Part shown: one piece after another, positions 18,811-27,488 of the stretch
How the letters are laid out: the number at the start of each line of letters is the position of its first letter
How positions within the stretch are numbered: position 1 is the stretch's first letter
Origin: a virus
Reading direction: 5' to 3' (one strand)
Length of the DNA: 64,000 nt
IMG/VR virus record: IMGVR_UViG_3300045988_054045
Position numbers and translations under genes: made by a program
Notes under the pieces: generated by a model
Databases searched by the model: none
The model's input: only the letters and a program-made list of their open reading frames with translations
What the model was told of the DNA's origin: nothing

Positions 18811-19092
18811 ATGACTATAAAAATAGTTTACAACGAAGCCTGCCAACCTTTTGAAAATAGGTTAGTGGCTTACATTTGGGAACATTTTCCCAAGATAGAG
18901 GTGGAAACTTATGATGAACTACATTATAAGGATAAGAAGAAAGCTATTATGATTAAAGCATCATGTGGCACTAGATTAGTTCCTTTCGTTGCTGTCTATG
19001 ATAATAACAAAGAACTAATTAAAGCTTTTTATTCCGAAGTAGGAGATTGTGAGGTGGATAAAATTATCAAGTATTTAAATGAGGTTCAGTGA
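18811..19092 (+). CDS. hypothetical protein
   Basis: 93 aa. No convincing CxxC motif, so not called glutaredoxin. Confidence 0.45.
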   Translation: MTIKIVYNEACQPFENRLVAYIWEHFPKIEVETYDELHYKDKKKAIMIKASCGTRLVPFVAVYDNNKELIKAFYSEVGDCEVDKIIKYLNEVQ

Positions 19093-19486
19093 AGCAATAA
19101 TGTGGGGAGATAACCTTATAAGGGCTACTCTCAAACACAGAGAAGCTAGTTTAAAGGACTTTGTAAGGGTTGGTGGCAATCCCGAACTTTATAAAGCAAT
19201 CCAAGATTCTAAAGTCGGATATATTAAGATTACTAAGGTATCTAGCAATGGAGGGTATTTATCTTCAGGAGAATCTGAAGAAGGTATTACTGCTGCATTT
19301 GGAGAAGGTCTTAGTCTTTATATAGCTGACGTGGAACAGTGGTATAGAACATCTGTTATCCAGAAGATTTATTGGGATAAAGGTGAATTTACCACTCTCA
19401 ATTCAAGATATAAGTTCGAATTTGAAGAGATTGATTATCGTCCTATTCTTAAAGAACTAAAGAATGAAAGTACAAGTAATAAATAA
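19079..19486 (+). CDS. hypothetical protein
   Basis: 135 aa ORF on the coding strand. Confidence 0.45.
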   Translation: MRFSEAIMWGDNLIRATLKHREASLKDFVRVGGNPELYKAIQDSKVGYIKITKVSSNGGYLSSGESEEGITAAFGEGLSLYIADVEQWYRTSVIQKIYWDKGEFTTLNSRYKFEFEEIDYRPILKELKNESTSNK

Positions 19487-20045
19487 ATCTCAATGGGAAC
19501 TTCCCAAGTATGAAACCCTATTCTCAGCTGGCATGGATGTCAGAGGAGATTTTAGTAGAATTAAGTTAGTGGATAATAAGCCAGAGAAATTCTTCTTTGA
19601 TGCTGATGTTGTAGCTATTGGTTTAAAAGAAAATCCTGATGGATGCAATGTAGTAGATAAAGAGGGAAATGATTTGGGTTATAAGATTCCAACTATTCCA
19701 GTAGCTAAAACTATTGAAATTAAGCCTGGAGGTAGATGTCTAATCCCCACTGGTCTATTTGTAGCTATCCCACAAGGATATGAGCTGCAATGTAGAATGA
19801 GGAGTGGATTAGCATTAAAGATGGGACTTACTCTTACTAATGGAATTGGCACTATTGATGCTGATTATAGAGGTGAGATTGGAATCATCTTAACTAATAC
19901 TTCTAATACTCCTGTTCGTATTAATGATGGTGAGAGACTAATGCAATTAGTTCTTGCTAAGCATGAAGTAGTTGAATGGGAAGAAGTAGAGATACTTCCT
20001 GAAACAGATAGAGGTGAAGGGGGATTTGGACACACTGGTAAATAA
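19464..20045 (+). CDS. dut: dUTPase (trimeric type)
   Basis: [37 protein letters not shown]. Confidence 0.85.
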   Translation: MKVQVINKSQWELPKYETLFSAGMDVRGDFSRIKLVDNKPEKFFFDADVVAIGLKENPDGCNVVDKEGNDLGYKIPTIPVAKTIEIKPGGRCLIPTGLFVAIPQGYELQCRMRSGLALKMGLTLTNGIGTIDADYRGEIGIILTNTSNTPVRINDGERLMQLVLAKHEVVEWEEVEILPETDRGEGGFGHTGK

Positions 20046-20052
20046 GTAAAAA

Positions 20053-20472
20053 ATGGATATAGTTAATACATCTGGGATAAGCACTGCTATTGCTTCTATA
20101 AAGCAATTCAATGAGATGGCAGTTACTACAGCCAAAGAACAATTATCTGTTTTGTTAGGCAAGTATTTTAAGAGAGGAAGTATTGTATACTTTGTAAGAG
20201 GCATAAATATGCACACCTTGAAATTACTTATTGAATATTCGGAGAACTATGAATTTAGAGGTAGATTGGGTTATAGAGAAACCTTTAAGGAAGTATCCAT
20301 ACCTGAGTTTATTTCTATGGATGGTATGAAGGAATCTTCTCCTACTGAATATTTAGTTGCGAAGAGGTTATTTATACAAAGGATAGATACGTATTACAAT
20401 ATGGACTGCTTGGAATTTGATATAAAGAACTTTTTCAGTAGCCATGACATTTCTGATTATATATTAATATGA
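20053..20472 (+). CDS. hypothetical protein
   Basis: 139 aa ORF. Confidence 0.45.
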   Translation: MDIVNTSGISTAIASIKQFNEMAVTTAKEQLSVLLGKYFKRGSIVYFVRGINMHTLKLLIEYSENYEFRGRLGYRETFKEVSIPEFISMDGMKESSPTEYLVAKRLFIQRIDTYYNMDCLEFDIKNFFSSHDISDYILI

Positions 20473-20666
20473 GAAGAGTGATTATTGGTTATATGCACAC
20501 TGAAGCAGTCGATGCTGAGTTTGAGGAAATCCCATGTGAAAGTCTTTACGTGGCATACAGTGCTTCTGGACCTCTATATGTTTCCAAGTCAGAGCAGCAG
20601 ATTAAGGACTACGTGTGTAAAAGTAGAGCTAAGGGTATTAAGTATAAAAAAGTTACCATTATATGA
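20469..20666 (+). CDS. hypothetical protein
   Basis: ATGA overlap; 65 aa. Confidence 0.4.
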   Translation: MRRVIIGYMHTEAVDAEFEEIPCESLYVAYSASGPLYVSKSEQQIKDYVCKSRAKGIKYKKVTII

Positions 20667-20878
20667 CTACTAGGCAGGAAATATTACTTCGTTTAGCTTG
20701 TGCCGCTCTACAGGGAGGAATGTCCATTAGTAAGGTATACCAAAGTATAGACGGTACTGATGATGAACATTACACCCTATGGGATATTGCTGATGTAATT
20801 CCAGATATAGAGTTTGATGCAGATACTCCTCCTGAAAAAGATACTAAGCCAACCACTAATAAAAAGAAATTCTATTAA
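20663..20878 (+). CDS. hypothetical protein
   Basis: ATGA overlap; 71 aa. Confidence 0.4.
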   Translation: MTTRQEILLRLACAALQGGMSISKVYQSIDGTDDEHYTLWDIADVIPDIEFDADTPPEKDTKPTTNKKKFY

Positions 20879-22080
20879 TGGATATTTTAGTTAGCAAAGA
20901 CAATAAGGGTAAAATCAGAGTTGTTGAGATTGACTATGAATGGGATGATTCAAGGAGAGGCTTCGTAATAAGAAGACGTACTTACCAATATGCTGGTAAA
21001 GTATCAGTTCAGCCAGAAATTTGGATATTTACTGGCAAAGCTAAAAGAACTGTTACTGAGCAAGTAAAACTGGAATATGCTTCCCATTTGAAGAAGTATC
21101 AAGATAAAGGTTATAAGCTATTACCTTCTAACATTAGTATTGATGATAGTAAGGCAGTAGCTGGGTTCGTCCAAGAACAGATGGGCGAAGGTGTTTCTGA
21201 TTCCAATGGATTTAAGAAACATATGTTAGCTAAACAAGCTGACAAAGTAGCAACCAGTGTATTTGACAAGATTAAATACTGGTGGGGAAGTAGGAAGATA
21301 GACGGAGTTAGGTGCTCTTTCTATTATAGGGATGGAGAAGTTAGAACTGCCTCTAGGGGTGGTGGTGACTACGATGCTTCTACTTCCTTCATGCGCCATA
21401 ACCCTAAACTAATTCAATTCTTTGAAAACCATCCTGATATTGTTTTAGACGGTGAACTATATGAACATGGTAAGTCTCTACAACAAATCAGTGGTGCTGC
21501 AAGATTGGAGAAGGATACAGCTGGAATGGATTGGCTAGAATATTATATCTATGATGTAATGGATAGTTCTAAGACATTTGAAGAAAGGCTAGAGGTTCTT
21601 CACGATATTGCTAATGAGTTAGGCTTAGACTTTAATCCTGAGAGAACTTGGGCTGAAGGTGACTTAAAGTTCCAAATGGTTCCACAGGAAAAGGTAGTAG
21701 GTTGGGCTAATATACAGAAACTACATGATAAGTATGTAGGTGAAGGCTTTGAAGGCATAGTTATTCGTGACCCATCTAAAGTATATAACTTTGGCGGTAG
21801 AACTAATGCTATGATTAAAGTCAAAATGTATAAAGATGCTGAATTTAAAATTGTTGGTTATGAGGATGGTCTGCGTCCAGAAGACATGGTATTCGTATGT
21901 GAGACTGAATTAGGTATTAAGTTTGAAGCTAAACCTATGGGTCCACGTGAATTAAAGTGGGAATACCTTGACAGAATGGATGAAATCATTGGTAAGATGG
22001 CTACTGTAAAGTATTTCTATCTTAGTGATGAAGGATGTCCTCTGCAACCAGTTCTGAAGTGTATTAGGGATTATGAGTAA
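20878..22080 (+). CDS. ATP-dependent DNA ligase with an extra N-terminal domain
   Basis: Motif I SRKIDGVRC, then LDGELY, EGIVIR and KVK. About 80 aa of N-terminal extension. Confidence 0.85.
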   Translation: MDILVSKDNKGKIRVVEIDYEWDDSRRGFVIRRRTYQYAGKVSVQPEIWIFTGKAKRTVTEQVKLEYASHLKKYQDKGYKLLPSNISIDDSKAVAGFVQEQMGEGVSDSNGFKKHMLAKQADKVATSVFDKIKYWWGSRKIDGVRCSFYYRDGEVRTASRGGGDYDASTSFMRHNPKLIQFFENHPDIVLDGELYEHGKSLQQISGAARLEKDTAGMDWLEYYIYDVMDSSKTFEERLEVLHDIANELGLDFNPERTWAEGDLKFQMVPQEKVVGWANIQKLHDKYVGEGFEGIVIRDPSKVYNFGGRTNAMIKVKMYKDAEFKIVGYEDGLRPEDMVFVCETELGIKFEAKPMGPRELKWEYLDRMDEIIGKMATVKYFYLSDEGCPLQPVLKCIRDYE

Positions 22081-22315
22081 TTATAAAATACCATATCGTT
22101 ATGACGTTCATTGGGGTTACATCGACGAAAATATTGAGCTTAATCCCAGAGATTATCTCGATTGCAATGATGAGTGTGACCTAAATGATTCAGTTTATGA
22201 TGATATACGGGATAGCTTTAGTGTTGGAGACTTAGAGATAGACCAGGCAGAGATGGATTTCAGCTTGCCTAAGGAGTTTATTGATGAGTGGAAAAGACTT
22301 AAAGGCTATGAATAA
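22073..22315 (+). CDS. small acidic hypothetical protein
   Basis: 80 aa, rich in Asp and Glu. Confidence 0.4.
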   Translation: MSNYKIPYRYDVHWGYIDENIELNPRDYLDCNDECDLNDSVYDDIRDSFSVGDLEIDQAEMDFSLPKEFIDEWKRLKGYE

Positions 22316-22616
22316 GTACGGGATTCCTAGTAAGTTTAGAATAGCTAATCATTGTTACAATGTAGAGCTTTGTCAATTTATAGACAATGGGGATAGTTTT
22401 GGAATACACGATAACCTCAAGTTATTGATTCAGGTGGCAGAATGTATGAAGGAGGATGACGGAGAGGTGATACATCTCACCGAAGAACAAATCAAGAATT
22501 CGTTCTGGCATGAAGTATTCCATGCTTTCCAGTACTATTATTGTAATAAGCAAGATGAATCATTAGCACAAACATTCGCCAACTTTATGCGTGAATTTGA
22601 ACTTACACAAGAATGA
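22308..22616 (+). CDS. small HExxH protein (possible zinc metallopeptidase)
   Basis: WHEVFHAF motif. Start moved to ATG 22308 (8-nt overlap) rather than 22281. Confidence 0.4.
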   Translation: MNKYGIPSKFRIANHCYNVELCQFIDNGDSFGIHDNLKLLIQVAECMKEDDGEVIHLTEEQIKNSFWHEVFHAFQYYYCNKQDESLAQTFANFMREFELTQE

Positions 22617-22864
22617 ATTATATTGTAGTTTTTAGAAGAGGAGGGGCTTTAATGTCCCTTTTCTTTGCTCATAGGGATGAGTCAGATATTGTTTATAAAG
22701 ATGATACTCTGATTCGTGACGAAGATGATGTAATTAAAGTAATGGATAGGTATTTCTCTCCTGATAATGGTGAGTATGTAATAAGGGAAACCCTTTTAGA
22801 TTCTACTGCATTTAGGGAGGATAACAAAGCTATTACTGAACATTTAAGAAAGTTCTTGCATTGA
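22613..22864 (+). CDS. hypothetical protein
   Basis: ATGA overlap; 83 aa. Confidence 0.4.
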   Translation: MNYIVVFRRGGALMSLFFAHRDESDIVYKDDTLIRDEDDVIKVMDRYFSPDNGEYVIRETLLDSTAFREDNKAITEHLRKFLH

Positions 22865-23169
22865 AAAAAGTAACATTCCTTAAATTGTTAAACCTTATAT
22901 CGAATGTAGGTAAGGATACAGAGAAGTTAGAAGAACTTGGCATTGATATAAGTGAGAGTACATTAGTGAATGGTATGTGTGAATTATTTGATGCTGTTAT
23001 GGAAGATGCCTATGGCAAGGAGGGTCTTGAATGGACTCAATGGTGGGTATATGAAAAATCTCGCAACCCAGAATTAAAGGCATTTGAAACTAACGAGCAG
23101 GGCGAAGACGTTGAGATAATACGCACTACTGATGAACTGTATGACTATCTAGAAAAATATCATAGCTAA
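22861..23169 (+). CDS. hypothetical protein
   Basis: TTG start overlapping the upstream TGA; 102 aa. Confidence 0.4.
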   Translation: MKKVTFLKLLNLISNVGKDTEKLEELGIDISESTLVNGMCELFDAVMEDAYGKEGLEWTQWWVYEKSRNPELKAFETNEQGEDVEIIRTTDELYDYLEKYHS

Positions 23170-23206
23170 CACCTAAGTTTTACCTTGTAAATATTTTTAA
23201 AAGATA

Positions 23207-23416
23207 ATGGAAATTAAACAATTTGATTTCGGAGAGGCATTGTCCTTTCTGAAAAGTGGTCTCAAAGTGACTAACGGAAGAGGTAACATCTACTTCATGG
23301 AGAACAATAAAGTGTACTGTATCCCTAAAGCCCAGTACCCTAAGGGCAGAAGAGAAGAAGTAAAGCTCTATTGGGATGCTGTCCTCCGTGACGATTGGAC
23401 TCTGTTCGAAGATTAG
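23207..23416 (+). CDS. DUF2829/Tad2-like small protein
   Basis: FDFGEALSFLKSGLKV at the N-terminus and LRDDWTLFED at the C-terminus match the DUF2829 pattern as I recall it. Confidence 0.45.
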   Translation: MEIKQFDFGEALSFLKSGLKVTNGRGNIYFMENNKVYCIPKAQYPKGRREEVKLYWDAVLRDDWTLFED

Positions 23417-23466
23417 TCACAATCCTATCAGATTACCTAATACAAAGATTATCAGTATAGGTTTTC

Positions 23467-23474
23467 TAAATTTG
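23467..23474 (+). promoter_or_regulatory. possible -7 box TAAATTTG directly upstream of the RNA ligase ATG
   Basis: Matches TAnnTTTG and lies only 6 nt before ATG 23481, which would give a near-leaderless mRNA. Confidence 0.3.
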
Positions 23475-23480
23475 CTTTAA

Positions 23481-24866
23481 ATGCAATTAACTCAATCACC
23501 TAAATTTAACAGAAATTATGCTGCCAAGATTGTAGAGATTAAGGAGTTTATTAAACATCCTAATCCAAAGTGTGAGAGATTAAAATGCTGCACAATTGAT
23601 GGTTATTCTATTGCAGTAAGTATTGATACCAACCCTGGTACATATATTTACTTTCCAATAGAATGTGCTATTGATGATAAATTCTTATCTGCTAATAACC
23701 TCTTTAGAGACAAGGAAAAGAATGCCGATAAGGGACAGGCTGGATTCTTTGAAGATAACTGTAGGGTAAAAATAATTAAACTACAAGGTTATCCTTCTGA
23801 AGGATTTATTACTCCTATTACATACCTGTACAACTGGCTTACCGCAATAGGTAAGAACAGTGAGATTGTACACAAGGTAGCTCCTGGAACAGAGTTTGAC
23901 TCTGTAGACAATGAGATTGTGTGTAGGAAATATGTTCCCAAACGTGCATATACTCCTGGTCAACCAAAGGTTGGAGGTAAGATAACAAGGAATTTAAAGA
24001 AGGTAAAGAAAGTAATTGATACCCAATTTAGGTTCCACTATGACACTACTCTTATTAAGAAGTGTCCATCCGTTATTCATCCTAATGATATTATCAGTAT
24101 TACTGCTAAGGTTCATGGAACCTCTGGTATATCTGCTTATGTACTATGTGAACGACCTAAGAAATGGTATGAAAGAGTATTTGAGTTCTTAACTCGTAAA
24201 GAGATAGATGATACTCGATATGATTATCTATGGTCTTCTCGTTCTGTAGTTAAGAATCCATATTACAATGAAACTACTAATGGTGGTTTCTATGGAGTAG
24301 ATGTATGGAAGTTTGCTGATGATGTTGTTAGACCTCATCTACAGAAAGGTATGACGGCTTACTATGAAATAGTGGGTTATCTTCCTAATGGTGGTGCAAT
24401 CCAAAAGTTAGGTGGTAAAGCATTTGACTATGGGTTTGAACCTCCGAAGAGTGTTGAGGAGTATAAGTATGGAGAAAACTTTGGAGTACAAATCTATCGT
24501 TTGACCTATACTAACCCCGATGGACGTGTATATGAGTTTAGTGCTCGTCAAGTACAACAATGGTGTACTAAAGAAGGCTTGAAGCCTGTAGAAGAATATT
24601 ACTATGGCTATGCTAAAGACTTATATCCAGAACTATCTCTGACAGAACACTGGAATGAGAACTTCATTCAGAAGTTAGCTAGTGATAAGAATTTCTTCAT
24701 GGAGTGTGAATCTCCAACTTGTAATAACAAGGTTCCGCATGAGGGAGTTGTTATTAAGATTGAAAACTCTTTATCCGAAGCATATAAGCTAAAGTGTATT
24801 AAATTCTTAGAAGGAGAATCTAAATCACTGGATAAGGGTGAAGTTGATATTGAAACTGAATCATAA
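23481..24866 (+). CDS. ATP-dependent RNA ligase, Rnl2/Rnl5-like, with N-terminal accessory domain
   Basis: Motif I ITAKVHGTSG (compare T4 Rnl2 KIHG), YYEIVGY, HEGVVIKIE, YKLKCIKF. Confidence 0.7.
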   Translation: MQLTQSPKFNRNYAAKIVEIKEFIKHPNPKCERLKCCTIDGYSIAVSIDTNPGTYIYFPIECAIDDKFLSANNLFRDKEKNADKGQAGFFEDNCRVKIIKLQGYPSEGFITPITYLYNWLTAIGKNSEIVHKVAPGTEFDSVDNEIVCRKYVPKRAYTPGQPKVGGKITRNLKKVKKVIDTQFRFHYDTTLIKKCPSVIHPNDIISITAKVHGTSGISAYVLCERPKKWYERVFEFLTRKEIDDTRYDYLWSSRSVVKNPYYNETTNGGFYGVDVWKFADDVVRPHLQKGMTAYYEIVGYLPNGGAIQKLGGKAFDYGFEPPKSVEEYKYGENFGVQIYRLTYTNPDGRVYEFSARQVQQWCTKEGLKPVEEYYYGYAKDLYPELSLTEHWNENFIQKLASDKNFFMECESPTCNNKVPHEGVVIKIENSLSEAYKLKCIKFLEGESKSLDKGEVDIETES

Positions 24867-24891
24867 GGTGAAATTTAAACTTGAATATGTA

Positions 24892-25083
24892 ATGGAAGTG
24901 GACGACTTGGAATTGCTTGAAACAGTTAATGACTATCAAAGGCGTTGCGAGGAACCCACTTTCAATACATTAGACGACATTCCAGAGGCTTTAATGATTG
25001 AAGCCTTAGATGAAGCTAATTATATAGAAGATGAAATTAATGACTATATGATGATTGAAGACATTAAAATTTCTAAATTATGA
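24892..25083 (+). CDS. small acidic hypothetical protein
   Basis: First ATG in frame. The track start 24838 is GTG, inside the ligase 3' end. Confidence 0.4.
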   Translation: MEVDDLELLETVNDYQRRCEEPTFNTLDDIPEALMIEALDEANYIEDEINDYMMIEDIKISKL

Positions 25084-25394
25084 AAAGGTTTCTAATTCAC
25101 GTTGATACTAATTGGTGTGGTGAAGAAGACACATTCAGAGCAGTTGCTGAGTCAGAGATAGAGTTATGGGACATAGCTGAACAGTTAGCCTATGATAATT
25201 TCTATTCTTTTAGTCATGACCAGGACATAGCTGAGGAAGAAGGCTACGACCCAGATGAAATGACTGACGAGGATTGGGATGAAATGTGGAGTAGGATAGA
25301 TGAAACTGCCTACTATAGTTTTTCCATAGAGGAATGCGAAGATGATGAGGAATGGAATGAATACAGTGGAGAAATCTATGGGAAGGACAGTTGA
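25080..25394 (+). CDS. highly acidic 104-aa protein
   Basis: ATGA overlap. Long Asp/Glu runs (DPDEMTDEDWDEMW, ECEDDEEWNE). Confidence 0.45.
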   Translation: MKRFLIHVDTNWCGEEDTFRAVAESEIELWDIAEQLAYDNFYSFSHDQDIAEEEGYDPDEMTDEDWDEMWSRIDETAYYSFSIEECEDDEEWNEYSGEIYGKDS

Positions 25395-25641
25395 TATAAC
25401 TACTCTTCCTAACCATATCAACAATGAACACATCCATATCTTTAGATGGCTAGATGGTTGTGGCTGGACTATCAAATGTGGTAATATCCACATTGAATCT
25501 AGTAATATTGAGGATGCTATTATGGACTTCCTTAAATTTACTAGTGAACTAGACATAGTACATGAGCATAGAGGATATGGATTAGTAGGAAAGGTAGGAG
25601 TATTCCACAAAACTATTGATAATCATGGGTATTTCTATTGA
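25378..25641 (+). CDS. hypothetical protein
   Basis: Start moved to ATG 25378. Confidence 0.4.
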   Translation: MGRTVDITTLPNHINNEHIHIFRWLDGCGWTIKCGNIHIESSNIEDAIMDFLKFTSELDIVHEHRGYGLVGKVGVFHKTIDNHGYFY

Positions 25642-26398
25642 AATGTTTAAGTTTTATGAAGTAGGTGGTAAGATTAGAGATGAACTCTTAGGTCTTACTA
25701 ATAAGGATATTGATTACGTAGCTGTACCCACTGAGGCGTGTTATAGTAGTATTCACCCTCGTGAGTCTCAACCCTCTCCTGCTAGGTTAGTATTTCAAGC
25801 ATTAAAGAGCTATTTAGAAGAACAGAAATTTGAAATCTTCTTAGTAACTCCAGACTGCTATACAATCCGAGCTAAATTCCCAGAGGGTTATAAGTATCAA
25901 GGAGTAGCTGACTTTGTAATGGCTAGAAAGGAAGTAGGATATATTCCTAATACCAGAACTCCAATAGTTGAGCCAGGAAATCTCTATGACGATTTATCAC
26001 GCAGAGACTTTACTGTCAATGCTTTAGCTAAAGACCCTGACACTGGAGAAATCATTGATTATTTTGGTGGTCTTGAAGATATTAAGAAGAAACTTCTTAG
26101 GACTCCATTACCTCCTATTGTAACTTTCGATGATGACCCTTTAAGGATTCTCAGAGGTATAAGATTCTCTATTACCAAGAGACTACGGGTATCTGAAGAT
26201 ATGTGGCAGGCTATGAAGGCTTATGACTATTTCGACAAAATGCCAGTAGTGTCTGAGGAAAGGATAAGGGAAGAACTGACAAAGTGCTTTAAGTGTAACT
26301 CATCTTTAACTCTAGGGTGGTTATCTGAACTCACTAATTTAAGAGATTACATTTTTAAGAACACTAATTTATGGCTTAAGCCAACTAGTGAGAAATAG
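25625..26398 (+). CDS. class II tRNA nucleotidyltransferase (CCA-adding / poly(A) polymerase head domain)
   Basis: VGGKIRDELLGLTNKDIDYV and RRDFTVNALA. Start moved to ATG 25625. Confidence 0.65.
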   Translation: MGISIEMFKFYEVGGKIRDELLGLTNKDIDYVAVPTEACYSSIHPRESQPSPARLVFQALKSYLEEQKFEIFLVTPDCYTIRAKFPEGYKYQGVADFVMARKEVGYIPNTRTPIVEPGNLYDDLSRRDFTVNALAKDPDTGEIIDYFGGLEDIKKKLLRTPLPPIVTFDDDPLRILRGIRFSITKRLRVSEDMWQAMKAYDYFDKMPVVSEERIREELTKCFKCNSSLTLGWLSELTNLRDYIFKNTNLWLKPTSEK

Positions 26399-27318
26399 TG
26401 GAAACTAAGAAACTAATTATCTGTAGAGGTATTCAAGGCTCAGGTAAATCTACTTGGGCTAAACAATGGTGTCACGAAGACCCAGAGAATAGGATTAGAT
26501 TCAATAATGACGATATTCGTAATATGCTAGGAGACTATTGGGTTCCTAACAGAGAGAAAGTTGTTACTGCAACATATAACACTGTGCTTGCTTATAGTAT
26601 GGAAAAAGGTTATAATATTGTAGTGGACAATATGAATCTAAATCCAAAGACCTGTGCAGAATTGGAGAAAATGGTTAAAGATTTTAACGAGAATTATACT
26701 TATGATTGGAAGTATGAGGTTGAATATAAAGACTTCTTTATTCCAGTTGATGAGTGTATTCGTCGTGATGCAATGAGACCTAATCCCATTGGTGAGAAGG
26801 TTATCAAAGCAACTTGGAGAAGATACAGAGATTTTATTATCCGAGAAGACATTAACAATATGCTAAAGAGAGCACCTAAACACGTAGACGGAGGACGTCC
26901 TGTCATACTAGTTGATATGGATGCTACTTTATGCCTAAATACATCAGGTAGACCTTATTATGGAGAAGGTGCAGCTGAGGGTATGCTGGATGATGTAGCC
27001 ATAGAAGGAACTTGTGCTCTCGTTAGACGTATGTATGAGAAGTGCAAAGTCTTTATCGTTACTGGTAGAGAAGGTACTCCAGAGATTATAGCAGCTACTA
27101 AGAAATGGTTGGCTATGCACGATATTGCTGTGGATGAATTATTCTTTAGACCAGTTAAGGATTATAGTCCTGGAGCTGATTGCAAGAAGAAAATCTATAA
27201 AGACAATATCGAGGGTAAGTATAATGTTCAATTTGTTCTTGAAGACAATTACAAATGTGTCAAGATGTGGAGAGAACAGGGCTTACTATGTCTTCAGCCT
27301 AATGAAGGGAAATTCTAA
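26398..27318 (+). CDS. polynucleotide 5'-kinase / 3'-phosphatase (T4 Pnk-like)
   Basis: N-terminal P-loop CRGIQGSGKSTWA. C-terminal HAD ILVDMDATLC, VTGRE, LEDN. GTG start overlaps TAG. Confidence 0.7.
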   Translation: METKKLIICRGIQGSGKSTWAKQWCHEDPENRIRFNNDDIRNMLGDYWVPNREKVVTATYNTVLAYSMEKGYNIVVDNMNLNPKTCAELEKMVKDFNENYTYDWKYEVEYKDFFIPVDECIRRDAMRPNPIGEKVIKATWRRYRDFIIREDINNMLKRAPKHVDGGRPVILVDMDATLCLNTSGRPYYGEGAAEGMLDDVAIEGTCALVRRMYEKCKVFIVTGREGTPEIIAATKKWLAMHDIAVDELFFRPVKDYSPGADCKKKIYKDNIEGKYNVQFVLEDNYKCVKMWREQGLLCLQPNEGKF

Positions 27319-27485
27319 TGGCAATGTTAGTAGGACAACTGATTGAAATCCTCAAGCAATTTGACCAAGACAGGGAAGTTATGATTCATACTCTAAGTGG
27401 TCAGAATGCTGAAGTTAAAGGATATTTCCCTAAAGATGAAGAATATTTTTATCTAACTGACTTGGATGTAGTTCCAAGAGACTAG
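27318..27485 (+). CDS. small hypothetical protein (55 aa, not in the ORF track)
   Basis: TAATG overlap with pnk. Fills an otherwise 170-nt gap. Translates to MAMLVGQLIEILKQFDQDREV... Confidence 0.4.
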   Translation: MAMLVGQLIEILKQFDQDREVMIHTLSGQNAEVKGYFPKDEEYFYLTDLDVVPRD

Positions 27486-27488
27486 CTT

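Noticed and set aside
18811-19092. Glutaredoxin/NrdH-like redoxin near the RNR genes.
   Set aside because: The expected CxxC active site is absent (only ACQPF is present). The size and position alone are insufficient.
25185-25610. 141-aa minus-strand ORF, along with all other minus-strand ORFs in the track (e.g. 17359-17703, 54719-55063, 55577-55951, 56447-56827, 61993-62397).
   Set aside because: Each lies entirely inside a longer + strand ORF that has recognisable motifs or continuous coding character. Their translations are low-complexity and Ser/Leu/Ile-rich, typical of antisense frames in AT-rich DNA. None has an intergenic start context.
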